Source of the DNA: Felis catus
Taxonomy: Eukaryota
Assembly (NCBI RefSeq): GCF_018350175.1
Contig: NC_058368.1
Span: 202,990,001-203,054,000 of the forward strand
Direction: 5' to 3'
Length of the DNA stretch: 64,000 nucleotides
Position numbers and translations under genes: made by a program. Below are positions 25,425 through 37,896 of this stretch, piece by piece. Each line of letters begins with the position of its first letter. Within the stretch, counting starts at the first letter, position 1. A model generated the notes under the pieces. That model saw nothing but the letters and a program-made list of their open reading frames with translations. It was not told the origin of the DNA and ran no database searches.

Positions 25425-25830
25425 CTGCCTTAGGTTGGATTCCCCAGAAGCAGATTCTGGGTGTGGTTTTGTGTGCCAGTACCCCTGGAGGAGAGCAATA
25501 AGGGAGGAAGAGAAGCAAGAAGGGAAGGGGAGGAAGCCAAACTGGTACAATTACAAGCAAAGTTGCAATCTCTACCTGATTCCTCCCAGAACACTGACGT
25601 GTGAACTAGTTCAAGACAGCCGTGCTTTCATACTCCTGCACTTGTCTTTCACTGGCAATGAACCACTCTGGGGATGTCAATTCCCAGGCACTTTCAGTGC
25701 TTAGTATCTGGGTAAATTATCTGTACTATTGAGCCAGTAGGAACTAAACAGGGCAGAAGCTGAAAGATGGGTATCTACAATAAATCAACTGGGTAAGAAG
25801 AGATGTGCGCATAGCTCTGACAATAACTGC
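25425..25830 (-). mobile_element. Old ERVL LTR (LTR16-like)
   Basis: CCTAGGTTGGATTCCCCAGAAGCAGATTCTG resembles the antisense LTR16 end. Confidence 0.5.
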
Positions 25831-25844
25831 TACGCTGGCTTTTG

Positions 25845-25995
25845 ACTTTGGACACGTTACTGCTTATCAGGAGACTCTTTGTTTTATATCAAATGAATCA
25901 ATGCTACTTCATACATGTTTAAGAATGAATGAAATACCAAGGACATGGGTATTCTCTAATGCAATTCCTGACATGTTGCTCAACCATGGTAATTA
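25845..25995 (+). mobile_element. MIR fragment
   Basis: TGACTTTGGACACGTTACT resembles the MIR core. Confidence 0.5.
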
Positions 25996-26754
25996 TGTCC
26001 TCACATTTTTTATAATATGGAAGAAATTAATAATAAAGTGAAAATTTACAAATTAAATTTTAAATGTTTGTATACCACTAAATTTAAGAGAGTCACTATT
26101 GGACTTACACTTGCTCTTCCTTTTACCACAGTATTGAGTTTTCAGAGAAGGATGGAAAATATTCCACATCTTGAGACATGAAAGATGGTTCACAGATAGA
26201 CAAAAAGCAGTGTTCTCTGAACCACTCCATGGCACAATAAGCAGGTGGATTTTCAGATGTCGGAGTGGCACTTTAATGTGCTAACAAGGAACATCTTGGA
26301 AACACCATGTACCTTACAATCTCAATCATTGGTTTTTCTTTCTACAGTTTCAAAGAGCAAGCAACAGATTTTTAAATTATAATTAGATTTAAACTGTCAT
26401 ATGTTATATTCCCTGTTTCCCAAACAGTTATCCATTAGCTGGTACAGCCTGCTTTTACTAAAGATCATTTGTATCTAAAGTTCCTTTAGTTTAACTAGTT
26501 CAAGGACTTTTTTCTTTTGAATAAGAATAAATGCATAGCAATGGTATAGAAAATCATGTTAAATATATAAGCCATACATTTTTTTAAAAAGCATTCAGCC
26601 AAACATACAATCTTAGTGAAGACTTCTGATTTACATTTAATTATGATTCTTCAGCAATTCCTTTTTTGGAATAAGAGTAGTTAAAATAAATAACTTACCA
26701 ACATCAAATGATTTTCTTAAACTGTAAAATCAGCCTTCTACCCAGCACGGTTTT

Positions 26755-26956
26755 TTTTTAATGTTTACTTATTAGTTTTGCGAGGGAGAGTGCAAGCAGG
26801 AGAGGGGCAGAGAGAGAGACACACACAGAATTTGAAGCAGGCTCCAGTCTCTGAGCTGTCAGCACAAAGCCCGATGCGGGCTCAAACTCACCAGCCATGA
26901 GATCATGACCTGAGCTGAAGTCGGATGCTTAACCAACTGTACCACCCAGATGCCCC
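26755..26956 (-). mobile_element. Can-SINE
   Basis: Antisense SINE; TSD TA(C/T)CCAGCAC(G/A)GTTTT. Confidence 0.96.
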
Positions 26957-27504
26957 ATATCCAGCACAGTTTTAATTGTTAATGAGTTCTTGATAATTTG
27001 TGTGCAGGTAATTCTTAGAAAAGCAGAACTTTGATCTCCCAATTAAAATTTTTGTGAAAAAAAGTACTAACTGAATGACTTACATTTTTGTGTGAAGGAT
27101 ATGTATGGATACATATTAGAGGAAGACCTTAGAAGAAACTTTCCCTAGATCTCAGAGACATGGCCAATATTAAGATTGATGCAGCAAGAAAGAGAATGCC
27201 CAGGCAGCTGCTGACATGAGACATGACATCTAATCTCTTGGCAACAGTTTCAGTGATTGTTTCTGCCCAAGTTGGAGGTAAGGATGGAAGGTGAGGTTTA
27301 TACCCAACTTCTGCTCCATGCATGTAAATGAGACGAGTTGGCAAGTTACCTTAGTAACTATCTTGAAGGCATATCACTGAAAGAGACTCTGGCCACTCCC
27401 CCCCCCCCCAAATAGCAATGACAGGAAGAGAAATGAAAAGCATAGACTGGGAAATACCTTACAAGAATATATTTATTTATTTCCATAAATACAAATCTCC
27501 CTGG

Positions 27505-27963
27505 ATTGGTCAGCTATTATTACAATACTGCTGCATGACAAATAACCACAACATCTCAGGGGCATGCAGTAATATTTGTTATTTGCATTAATTCATTGAG
27601 TTAAGCTGATCTCAGCTACACTCAGCTGGGCAACTCTGCGTCAGGCTGCAGTGAGTGGGGCAGCTGTGATTCTCACTGTATGTTTAGGGTTCGGCAGGAG
27701 CAGCTCTGTTACTTGGGCCTCTCATCCTCCTTGGATCAGTATGTGTTTGTTCTCTTTGTCAGAAACTCGAGAGAGCAAACAGAAATATGGAAGGTCATTT
27801 GAAACTTAAGCCTAAACCTGGCATATTCTTACTCCTATGTTCTATCAGCTGATGCCAGTCACATGCCTAAGTTCAAAGTCAAGGGAAATCCTTACATAAG
27901 TGGACATGACCATACGCTTACAGGAAAGGCTGAAGAATTAGGGCCAGAATTCAACCTACTACA
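27505..27963 (-). mobile_element. MaLR solo LTR (older MLT1, H/I-like)
   Basis: GTCAGCTATT...CAATACTGCTGCATGACAAATAACCAC...GCCAGTCACATGCCTAAG. Confidence 0.7.
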
Positions 27964-28585
27964 TTTCACTATTTTTCAAATTTGAAAACTCTTACTGTAG
28001 CTATTTATGTGCATCAAAAACTGCCTTATTAAAACAAAAGAAGTTAATGAAGTCCAAGTAATTTGTATGAAGATTTTAATAGCAAACTTATACTAATTTG
28101 CCTATTTTATGTGCGTTTTTTGTAAAACTATCTTACAAATATACATATATATATATGCATGCATATATTCACAAATATGTATATGCATACACCGTACTTT
28201 TCAATTGTGCTTTCCTTAGACATAACCTTACTAAAACTCTCAGTATTACATTGGTTTTAGATGAATCACAAAATGCTGAAATAAAATATTTTTTGTGATA
28301 ACAGAATGTGATAACATTTTCTGTGCAATAGTAGCTTGCACTAAATGAGGTGTCAACCACTAGCTTGTTTATTAAGAAATGATAGGACTCAAAAAGACTT
28401 ATTTAGCATTATGCCTTTAATCAGTCAGAAAAATTTCAATCACAGAGATGACTCAGCTTATGCTTGTGACAGGATGGGAAAACTTTGGAGAATTCCTTCC
28501 TTAGCATCAGTGAAAATGACGCATTGTTGCTTAAGTTATCTCAATACTCTGCCTTCTTCAAAGCACACTAAAAATGTATGTTGGC

Positions 28586-29889
28586 ATATTTCAATGTAAC
28601 AGAACAGAGAGCTCAGAAATAAATCCACACTTATATTACCAGTTAATCTATGACAAAGGAGGCAAGAATATACTCAGGGGTAAAGACCATCTTTCAACAA
28701 ATGGTGTTAGGAAAACTGGATGGCTGCATGCAAAAGGATGAAACTGGATACTTTCTTACACCATATACAAAAATACGCTCAGAATGGATTAAGGAACTAA
28801 ATGTGAGACCTCAAACCATAAAACTCCCAGAAGAAAATGTAGGCAGTAATTTCTTTGACATCCTCAAGCAAGGGAAACAAAGGCAAAATTAAACTACTGG
28901 GATCATACAAAAATAAAAAGTTAGAGCATAATGAATGAAATGATCAACAAAACAAAAAGGCAACGTACTAAATGGGAGAATATGATGTATCTTATAGGGG
29001 TTCATATCCAAAACATACAAAGAATTTGTACAACTAAACACCAAAAAATAAACACTATCATTAAAAAAATGGACAGAGAACCTGAATAGACATTTTGCCA
29101 AAGACAACATACAGATAACCAATAGACACATGAAAAGATCCTCAATATCACTCATCATCAGGGAAATGGAATTAAAACAACAATGAGATATCACCTTATA
29201 CGTCAAAATGGCTGGAATAAAAAACACAAGAAATAACAACTCTTGGCAAGGATGTGGAGAAAAAGGAACACTTGTACACTGTTGATGGGAATGTAAATTG
29301 ATACAGCCACTGTGGAAAACAGTATGGAGTTTCCTCAAAAAATTAACAGTAGAAATACCATACGATCCAGTAATTCCACTAATGGGTATTTACCCAAAGA
29401 AAATGAAAACACTAATTTGAAAAGATATATGCATCCCTATGTTCATTGCAGCACTGTTTACAATATCAAAGATACTTGTTGTGTCTATCAATAGGTGATT
29501 AAACAAATACATTAATTAAATATATATAATGGAATGTTACTCAGCCATATAAAAGAATGGGATCTTGTCATCTGCAACAACATGGATGGACCTAGAGGGT
29601 ATGAAATTAAGTGAAATAAGTCAGTCAGAGAAAGACAAGTGCCATTTGATTTTACTCATATGTGGAATTTAAGGAACAAAACAAATGAACAAATGAAGAA
29701 AAAGACAAACAAAAACTTTTAAATACAGAGAACAAACTGGTGTTTGCCAGAGATGTGTGAGGAGATGGGTGAAATAGCTAAAGGGGATTGAATGTACACT
29801 TATCTTGATGAGCACTGAGTAATGTATAGAACTGTTGAAACCTCATATTGTACAGCCGAATGTTAATTATAATTCAATTTTTAAAAAGA

Positions 29890-29932
<43 letters not shown>

Positions 29933-29933
29933 A
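28586..29933 (+). mobile_element. 5'-truncated carnivore L1 with (TAAA)11 tail
   Basis: ORF2 C-terminal homology ([23 protein letters not shown]), 3'UTR, and TAAA tail at 29890-29933. Confidence 0.95.
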
Positions 29934-30391
29934 TTTTAAAAATATGTATCGGATGATCTAAGGAAAAATTGCAATTCTTTTTATTTTTCTGCTCCAACTG
30001 CCCTCTTATTGTCTGTGATTGATTTGATGTCAGATTTTTAAGATAAACAAAACCAGCTCATATATCTAGCAGATGCACAAATTTGAAGATCTACTCAGAT
30101 ACAAAGAACCCAATAAGTGTCTCATGGGGATGTTATTACATATAGCTTGAGAGGAAATAACCGATTCTATAAAAGTGAAAGTGAAGAGTAAATTCAGGTT
30201 TTGAGGTCAAGAACCAGCCCAACACTGACCTAGACCAAATACATTTTATATGAAATCCCCAGAGAGAATTGTGACAGTATCAGTATAAACCCACTAATAA
30301 ACACTACTGAGAGTTGACTTAAGACACATGATCACCTGCACATAAAATAACATATACATAAAAATAACTTCCTGTACTTTCAAAATTTATT

Positions 30392-30596
30392 TATTTTTTT
30401 ATTTTTAAAATGTGTTTATTTATTTTGAGAGAGAGAGAGAGAGAGAGGCAGAGAGAGAGGGAGAGAGAGAATCCCAAGCAGGTTCCACACTGTCGGTGTA
30501 AAGACCAGTATGGGGCTTGAAATCACAAACCATGAGATCATGACCTGAGCTGAAACCAAGTCAGATGCTTAACCGACTGAGCCACCCAGGCACCCC
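30392..30596 (-). mobile_element. Can-SINE
   Basis: Antisense SINE; TSD TCAAAATTTA(T/C)TT. Confidence 0.95.
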
Positions 30597-31370
30597 TCAA
30601 AATTTACTTTTAAAAAAGGTAAAATAAGACAATTTCCACAACTATTCGTGAAGTTAAAAAATGAGAACAATTGTTCATTTTTAATGAGAATCTACAATTT
30701 CTTCCTCTTTATTAGAGTTAACGGAGAGTTAATGCCCAGTATCATGTTATACTTTTAGAAGAGTAATTTATCCCCATCTTTTTTTCATGTCTAAAATGGG
30801 TATTTACTATATGTGTTCTTTGGACTGTATAGCTTAGAAATGTCACCAATAAAATTAAGGAAAATTTGGCTAAAGAGGACTAGCAAGAATTTTGTTAATA
30901 GGGTCTGCATTAATCAGATTTTGTTAAATCATATAGGAAATTATAAATATTTACTCCATTTTCTCTTTCTTTTTACATCATGTACGTAATACCTATATCT
31001 ATCCAGTTAAAAATTTTTAAAAAGAACGTGAGGCAGAAAAAGAAATATCCTGTTTTGATATGGAAAAAATTGGGAAGAATTAAATAGCTCATTCATAATT
31101 TTAAAAAAAGAACCTCTTCAAATAATAATTGAAGAAAAGTCATTAGCCTAATAGAGATTATCTATCAAAAAATCCATAACAAACATCATTCATAGTGATG
31201 AAACATTAGAAGCATTCCCTTTAATGCTCATTCACTGATTTTTTTCAACATTATACTGGAAGTTCTAAATATTTCAGTAAGAAAAGAAATAAAAGTATAA
31301 TAATAGCATTATAGTAAAAAAAAAGTGTGATTATTCAGTTTGTATAATTGTCTAAAGACTATCACTACAT

Positions 31371-31535
31371 GGGACGCCTGGGTGGCTCAGTTGGTTAAGC
31401 ACCTGACTTCAGCTCAGGTCATGATCTCACAGTACATGAGTTTGAGCCCCGTCTCAGGCTCTGTGCTGACAACTCAGAGCCTGGAGCCTGCTTGGATTCT
31501 ATGTCTCCCTCTCTCTCTGCCTCTTCTCTGTTCCT

Positions 31536-31582
<47 letters not shown>

Positions 31583-31837
31583 AATAAATAAACGTGGGGC
31601 GCCTGGGTGGCGCAGTCGGTTAAGCGTCCGACTTCAGCCAGGTCACGATCTCGCGGTCCGGGAGTTCGAGCCCCGCGTCAGGCTCTGGGCTGATGGCTCG
31701 GAGCCTGGAGCCTGTTTCTGATTCTGTGTCTCCCTCTCTCTCTGCCCCTCCCCCGTTCATGCTCTGTCTCTCTCTGTCCCAAAAATAAAAAAAATAAACG
31801 TTGAAAAAAAATAAATAAACGTTAAAAAAATTGTTTT
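31371..31837 (+). mobile_element. Can-SINE (host), tail split by a second SINE
   Basis: Sense SINE 31371-31595 with long (CT)n; tail resumes ~31823; outer TSD AAAGACTA(T/C)CAC. Confidence 0.95.
31596..31806 (+). mobile_element. Young Can-SINE (SINEC_Fc) nested in the tail of the preceding SINE
   Basis: CpG-rich sense SINE; TSD AAAAATAAATAAACGT at 31580-31595 and 31807-31822. Confidence 0.97.
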
Positions 31838-31907
31838 AAAGACTACCACATACAGTTAAACAGCTTAGAGTTGACCAAATGTGGGAAGCACAGTTCAATT
31901 TGAAATC

Positions 31908-32283
31908 TGTATTACTACTAGGGTTGCCATATACAATAGTACCACAGTCTGTGTGGTTCAAACAACAGAAATTTATTTTCTTACATTCTAGAGCTTAGCA
32001 GTCTGAGATCAAGTTGCCAACAGAGTTGGTTTCTTTTGAGAACTCTTTTCTTGGATTGTCGATGGCCAGCTTCTCCCTGTGTCTCCACATGGTCTTCCCT
32101 CTGGGTATGTCTGTCCTAATCTCCTCTTCTGAGGACACCAGTTATCTTCCCATAGGGCTCACCCTAATGATCTCATTTTAACCTTTCTCTTTGAAGACCT
32201 TATGTCCAAATATAGTCATACTTGGGGTAGTAGGGTTAGGATTTCAATATATGAATTTTGGGGCAACACATCAGCCTATAACA
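31908..32283 (-). mobile_element. MaLR solo LTR (MLT1A-like)
   Basis: TGTATT...AAACAACAGAAATTTATT...CAGCCTATAACA; TG...CA ends; 5-bp TSD AAATC/AAACC. Confidence 0.9.
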
Positions 32284-33334
32284 AAACCAAAAAAAGTATA
32301 TAGACAAATTATTAGTATTAATTAAAATTTAGCAAAGCTGCTAAATGTTTTTAAGAATGACAACAATTACAAAAATATAAAGTGTCTAGAAGCCAACCTA
32401 ACAAAAGATTTACATGGCCATTATGTAGAAAACTGGGAAGAAAGGATTAATTTGTCCAAAACTGAGGCTGTATAATGTCTCTTATAAAACTATGTGGAAA
32501 ACCAGCTACACCAAGCTCCTCAAGCAATCACTTTGGTAGAGTGCTAGGATTATAAATCAGGCCATTTGACTTTCATACCACACAGGGGAAACTTACAAAC
32601 ACGGACCCTAGCTGCCAGATCTTCTCAAGCGAGAGACTTGTACTCCACTCCCATGAATGCTAATATGGCAGAACAGGGTGGATATCACGTTTTGAGCATT
32701 CTATACTCCTGTTGGAGGCCAATCCCAATCATATAAGGAGAGGGCTTATTCTTCCTTAGTCCTGCAATTTGAACCTGAGGACTCACTCAAATGCCACAGA
32801 CCCATCTTCAGAATCTGATATCTGACACCATTTGATCCTGGGCTCTGCTGCAGAGCAGAGGGCAATGGAGGATATGAAATCTCAGTATTACTCCAATACC
32901 ATGAGTTTTTCCCAGGAAAAGTGTCATTGAAAACATAGCATGTGTTTCTATGTCATTCGTTTTTCATTAAAAATCTAAAACTATTAAAGACGTCCTAAAT
33001 ACTTAGAGATATAGACCCCTGTTCATTGGTAGACTCAATATTACATGAATATAAATTAAAATCTACAAGTTTCAATACAAATTTAGTAAAAATCTTAGCT
33101 TAGATTTTCAGACTACTAGATAAGCTGATTTATATGGAAGAGCAAAGGGTTAATAATGGTCAATACAATTTGAAAAATAAGGTAAATGCAATATTCTATA
33201 AGATATAAAAAATCTATTAGAAAATATACATTTGTGCTAGTGGGTAGGGATAGAAAATGATTACAATTAAAAACCTATTTTTATCAAAACACATCATAAT
33301 GAAAATAAAAATCAAGTCACTGAATGGGGGACCC

Positions 33335-33460
33335 TATCTCTTTCTGTCTTCACAACCTGCAGTTTACTCTGAACACAGCCACCAGAATCATTCTGTAAAC
33401 CATCAATAAGGCAAGGTCTCTGCTCAAAACCCTCTTATAGCTTGCTACTTTACTCCAAGT
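33335..33460 (+). mobile_element. L2 fragment
   Basis: ACACAGCCACCAGAATCATTCTGTAAAC...CTCTGCTCAAAACCCTC. Confidence 0.65.
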
Positions 33461-33499
33461 GAGACCTCTCCACGTGAGGCTTATCCAAGTGAGACTTAC

Positions 33500-35250
33500 C
33501 ATACTTTGTTTATCTATTAACTTATTGAAGGTCATCTTGGTTGCTTCCAGTTTCAGCAGTTATGAATAAAACTTCTATAAACATTCCAGTGCAGGTTTTA
33601 TGTGGACATAAGTTTTCAACTCATGTTGGTAAATACCAAGGAGCATAATTGGCAGAGCATATGGTAAAAGTATATTTAGTTTTGTAAGAAACTGCCAAGC
33701 TGACTTCCAAGGTGGCTTTATCATTTTACATTCCCATAGCAATGAGACTTCCTGTTGCTCCACATTCTTGTGAATATTTGGTGTTCTCAGTGGGTAGAAT
33801 TCTATCCATTCTAATAGGTGTTCAGTGGTGCTATCACACTGTTTTAACTCACAATTCCCTAATGGCACATGAAGTTGAACATCTTTTTATTGTGCTTATT
33901 TTCCATCAATAGATCTTCTTTGTTGAGGTGTCTGTTCAGATCTTTCACCCATTTTTTTCAATATATGAAGTTTACTGTCAAATTGGTTTCCATACAATAC
34001 CCATTGCTCATCCCAAAAGGTGCCCTCCTCAATACCCATCACCCACCCTCCCTTCCCTCCCACCCCCCATCAACCCTCAGTTTGTTCTCAGTTTTTAACA
34101 GTCTCTTATGCTTTGGCTCTCTCCCACTCTAACCTCTTTTTTTTTTCCTTCCCCTCCCCCATGGGTTTCTGTTAAGTTTCTCAGGATCCACATAAGAGTG
34201 AAAACATATGGTATCTGCCTTTCTCTGTATGGCTTATTTCACTTAGCATCACACTCTCCAGTTCCATCCACGTTTCTACAAAAGGCCATATTTCATTGTT
34301 TCTCATTGCCACATAGTACCCCATTGTGTATATAAACCACAATTTCTTTATCCATTCATCAGTTGATGGACATTTAGGCTCTTTCCATAATTTGGCTATT
34401 GTTGAGAGTGCTGCTATAAACATTGGGGTACAAGTGCCACTATGCATGAGTACTCTTGTATCCCTTGGGTAAATTCCTGGCAGTGCTACTGCTGGGTCAT
34501 AGGGTAGGTCTATTTTTAATTTTTTGAGGAACCTCCACACTTTTCCAGAGCAGCTGCACCAGTTTGCATTCCCACCAACAGTGCAAGAGGGTTCCTGTTT
34601 CTCCACATCCTCTCCAGCATCTATAGTCTCCTGATTTGTTCATTTTGGCCACTCTGACTGGCGTGAGGTGATATCTGAGTGTGGTTTTGATTTGTATTTC
34701 CCTGATGAGGAGCGACGTTGAGCATCTTTTCACGTGCCTGTTGACCATCTGGATGTCTTCTTTAGAGAAGTGTCTATTCATGTTTTCTGCCCTTTTCTTC
34801 ACTGGGTTATTTGTTTTTCGGGTGTGGAGTTTGGTGAGCTCTTTATAGATTTTGGATACTAGCCCTTTGTCCAATATGTCATTTGCAAATATCTTTTCCC
34901 ATTCCGTTGGTTGCCTTTTAGTTTTGTTGGTTGTTGCCTTTGCTGTGCAGAAGCATTTTATCTTCATAAGGTCCCAGTAGTTCATTTTTGCTTTTAATTC
35001 CCTTGCCTTTGGGGATGTGTCAAGTAAGAAATTGCTACAGCTGAGGTCAGAGAGGTCTTTTCCTGCTTTCGCCTCTAGGGTTTTCTTTCACCCATTTGGA
35101 AATTGGTTTCCTTGTTTTGTTGTTGTTGTTGCTGTTGTTGTTAAATTTTAAGAGTTCTTTGCATTGTCTGGATACCAATCCTTTTTCAGATAAGTATTTT
35201 GAAAATATTTTCACCCAGTCTGTGGATTGTCTTTTCATTCTCTTATGTGG
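33500..35250 (-). mobile_element. Old L1 (L1MB/MC-like) 3' ORF2, interrupted by a young L1
   Basis: Antisense ORF2 C-terminus at 33500-33954, continuing at 35084-35250. Confidence 0.85.
33955..35083 (-). mobile_element. Young 5'-truncated felid L1 (1.13 kb)
   Basis: ORFs 34497-34985 and 34181-34606 give the L1 ORF2 C-terminus ([20 protein letters not shown]) split by one frameshift; perfect TSD TCTTTCACCCATTT at 33941-33954 and 35084-35097. Confidence 0.98.
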
Positions 35251-35264
35251 CTTTTTGATTTGTT

Positions 35265-35278
35265 TTTTTAAAGCTTGC

Positions 35279-35313
<35 letters not shown>

Positions 35314-35471
35314 TGAGCTGGGGAGGGGCAGAAAGAGAGGGAGAGAATCCCAAGCATGTTCCATGCCCCGCCTGGAGCCTGAAATGGGACTCGATCTCAT
35401 AACCATAAGATCACAACTTGAGCCGATAACAAGAGTCAGATGCTCAACAGACTGAGCCACCCAAGTGCCCC
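35265..35471 (-). mobile_element. Older Can-SINE with (TTTA)n tail
   Basis: Antisense SINE ending GAGCCACCCAAGTGCCCC. Confidence 0.92.
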
Positions 35472-35639
35472 TAAATGTTTGTGTATTTTTAACCTTTTTT
35501 TTCTTCTAAAATAAAATATGTTACATGGGGCTTGAAATATACCTGTTTTATTTATGCCTGTATCCCAACTACTTTGAAACTTGCATTTTGCTGGTTCATA
35601 ACTGGAACTCAGTATGTATTTGTTGAATGAGTGAAATAA

Positions 35640-36762
35640 AGAGAAAATAAATTTGCATACATATAATTGACAAAGAATTAACAGCCAAAATATATTTAAA
35701 ATTTACAAATTAAAAAGAAAAATACAGTTAATTCAATAGAAAAATGGGAAAAACATATCAACAGTAATTTACAGAATTCTCAAATTGCGAATACATTTTA
35801 AAAGATTGTTGACATTGGAAAATGAAAAAAATGCTGATTAAAATCACAATGTAACACGATTTCACATCATACACCTACACTTACAAATTTAACTTTCTTT
35901 TGTTTATTTCTTTTTGGAGATTGTGTTCATATAATTGGATTAATTAAACTCCACAATTCATGACATACTAACACATAGTGTATTGATACATATGTGACTT
36001 GCTGTTTGTTTGTTATGCATATAACAACCACAAATCCAAATCCATATCCAAGTTGTAGAATATTAACAAAATTTTCTGCTACCTATTTTCTCTTCCTCAT
36101 CCCATTCTCCTATATCTTGCCTCTCACAAAGAGAATCACTTTTTGAATCTTTGAATTTATTATTTCTTTACTTTCAAAAAAGTATAATGCCATATGCAGT
36201 CTTCTAAAGGTTGCCTTTACCATTCAACGATCACTAAGATTTATCCACACTGTACCTATAGTTCTAATATGACAGAATTTTAAAATCTGATAATACCAAG
36301 TGTGGATCAAGATGTGAAGCAAGCATGAATAAATCTACTAAATTGCTTATGGAAATGTAAATTGGTACAACTACTTTGAAGAACAATTTGACAATAACCA
36401 GTACAGCCAAATGTTTAACAAGACCCAGCCTTTCAACAACTAGGTAATATAGTCTAGATAAACTCTGCATAAAAACATGTTCACAAGAATATTATCAGAA
36501 GCCACTTTATTAAATAATCAAAATTGAAAATAGCTTAAATTTCTCCCTGCAGCAGAAATAATATTTAATGAGCTAAAGCTCTATATAAAAATATAAACGA
36601 ACCTAAAATTATAATATTGAGTGAAAAATCAAGGTACTGAAAATGTGTGTGAAATATGATCGATAAATATATAAAGCTTAAAAAGATAGATACAAAGCCA
36701 TACTATATGTTATACATATATACATACTATATGATATACAAATAGAATGTAAATAGAAAAAT

Positions 36763-36793
<31 letters not shown>

Positions 36794-36960
36794 CCTAGAT
36801 ACATAGAAAGATACATAGAATGACAGCTAATTTAGTGTATTTACTACTTGGAGTTTGTTGGGGAAGGTGATCTTGGAAAGTTTATAGAGGGTGGCAGCTG
36901 CTTTGGCAAAGTTGTATGTATTATTATTTAAGCTGAGTGTTGGGTTTTTAAGTTAACTTA
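35640..36960. mobile_element. Cluster of very old L1ME-like fragments (+, -, +)
   Basis: CAATAGAAAAATGGG; AAATTGGTACAACTACTTTGAAGAACAATTTGAC; antisense block at ~35900-36260. Confidence 0.6.
36764..36793 (+). repeat. (TAGA)n microsatellite
   Basis: Read directly. Confidence 0.9.
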
Positions 36961-37254
36961 ATAATAATTTAATTTAATAATGATTCATAATAAAGCATTA
37001 TGGAAACACTCTAGTTGAATTTTAATCCATTCATTAAATCTGAAAAGGCTTGAATTTGTGTCTTTAACCTTTTCTGTTTCCCTAAAAGAATCAATCACAA
37101 CAAAATTAGATGTTTTTAATCAAAAATTTTTTATAATGGTGCTAGAAGTATGGGTCCGATGCAAATATCCCTTTGGCTGTGACAAAACTAAACAATAAAT
37201 TATCAACTGAAGAGAAATACTAGGGGTTATATGAGGAGATAAGGAAATATCATC

Positions 37255-37620
37255 TTATTTCAGATTTTTGCCAGGCATTTCAGTGAATGCTGGGGAGACA
37301 TTGGCTAGCCAGAGAGACACCAGCCTTCATCTCATAATGCCATGCGTTTAATAGAGAAAACAGAGATATTTAAATAATCATACAGTCAAAAAGAAAACTA
37401 GACCCATGATAATCCTTCTAAGGAGAGGGATACGTACCTATAAAAGATGTATCCAAGAGAATTGATCAGAGAGGTTAGGAATGGTCTCTTGGAGGAGAAA
37501 GTGATGAATCAGCTATCTGTAGGACAAACAAGGGGATGAGGAAACCTTTACTAGTAGAGGAAAAATACGTTTAAAGACCTTGTGTCAGAGTACACAGAGC
37601 AAGGTCTACAATAAAGTTGG
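37255..37620 (-). mobile_element. L2 fragment
   Basis: TGCCAGGCATTTCAGTGAATGCTGGGGAGAC...GAGGTTAGGAATGG. Confidence 0.55.
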
Positions 37621-37896
37621 AGAATAGGAGAGAAATAGAAAAAAAAATAGCAATTTAGGTTACTGCTCATTTTAATCTTGACCTCACCTCCCACTGTCAA
37701 CTCTTCAGTCATCATTCTTTAAAAACCAATCTTTATTAATTTATTCATCTTTAGTCTTAGAGTAACTATTTGACAAAAAGAAGCTGACGAAAGGCTAGTT
37801 GTGTAAGACTATAGCATGCACATACCAATAAAGTTCAGTTACTGTGAGCCATCATTAATGTTTGAAAATATTTTCCAAATATAAAATCTGTCTCTG

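Larger units (their letters stand above)
31040..33330 (+). mobile_element. Very old L1M ORF2, broken by two SINEs, an MLT1 LTR and an unknown insert
   Basis: Collinear L1 ORF2 pieces at ~31040-31365, ~32290-32434 and ~32975-33330. Confidence 0.7.

Noticed and set aside
27149..27277. Possible exon ending in GAG|GTAAGG
   Set aside because: Stop codons in all three frames and a weak acceptor
34181..34985. Two long ORFs with protein-like sequence
   Set aside because: Frameshifted C-terminus of a 5'-truncated L1 ORF2; not a host gene or an active element
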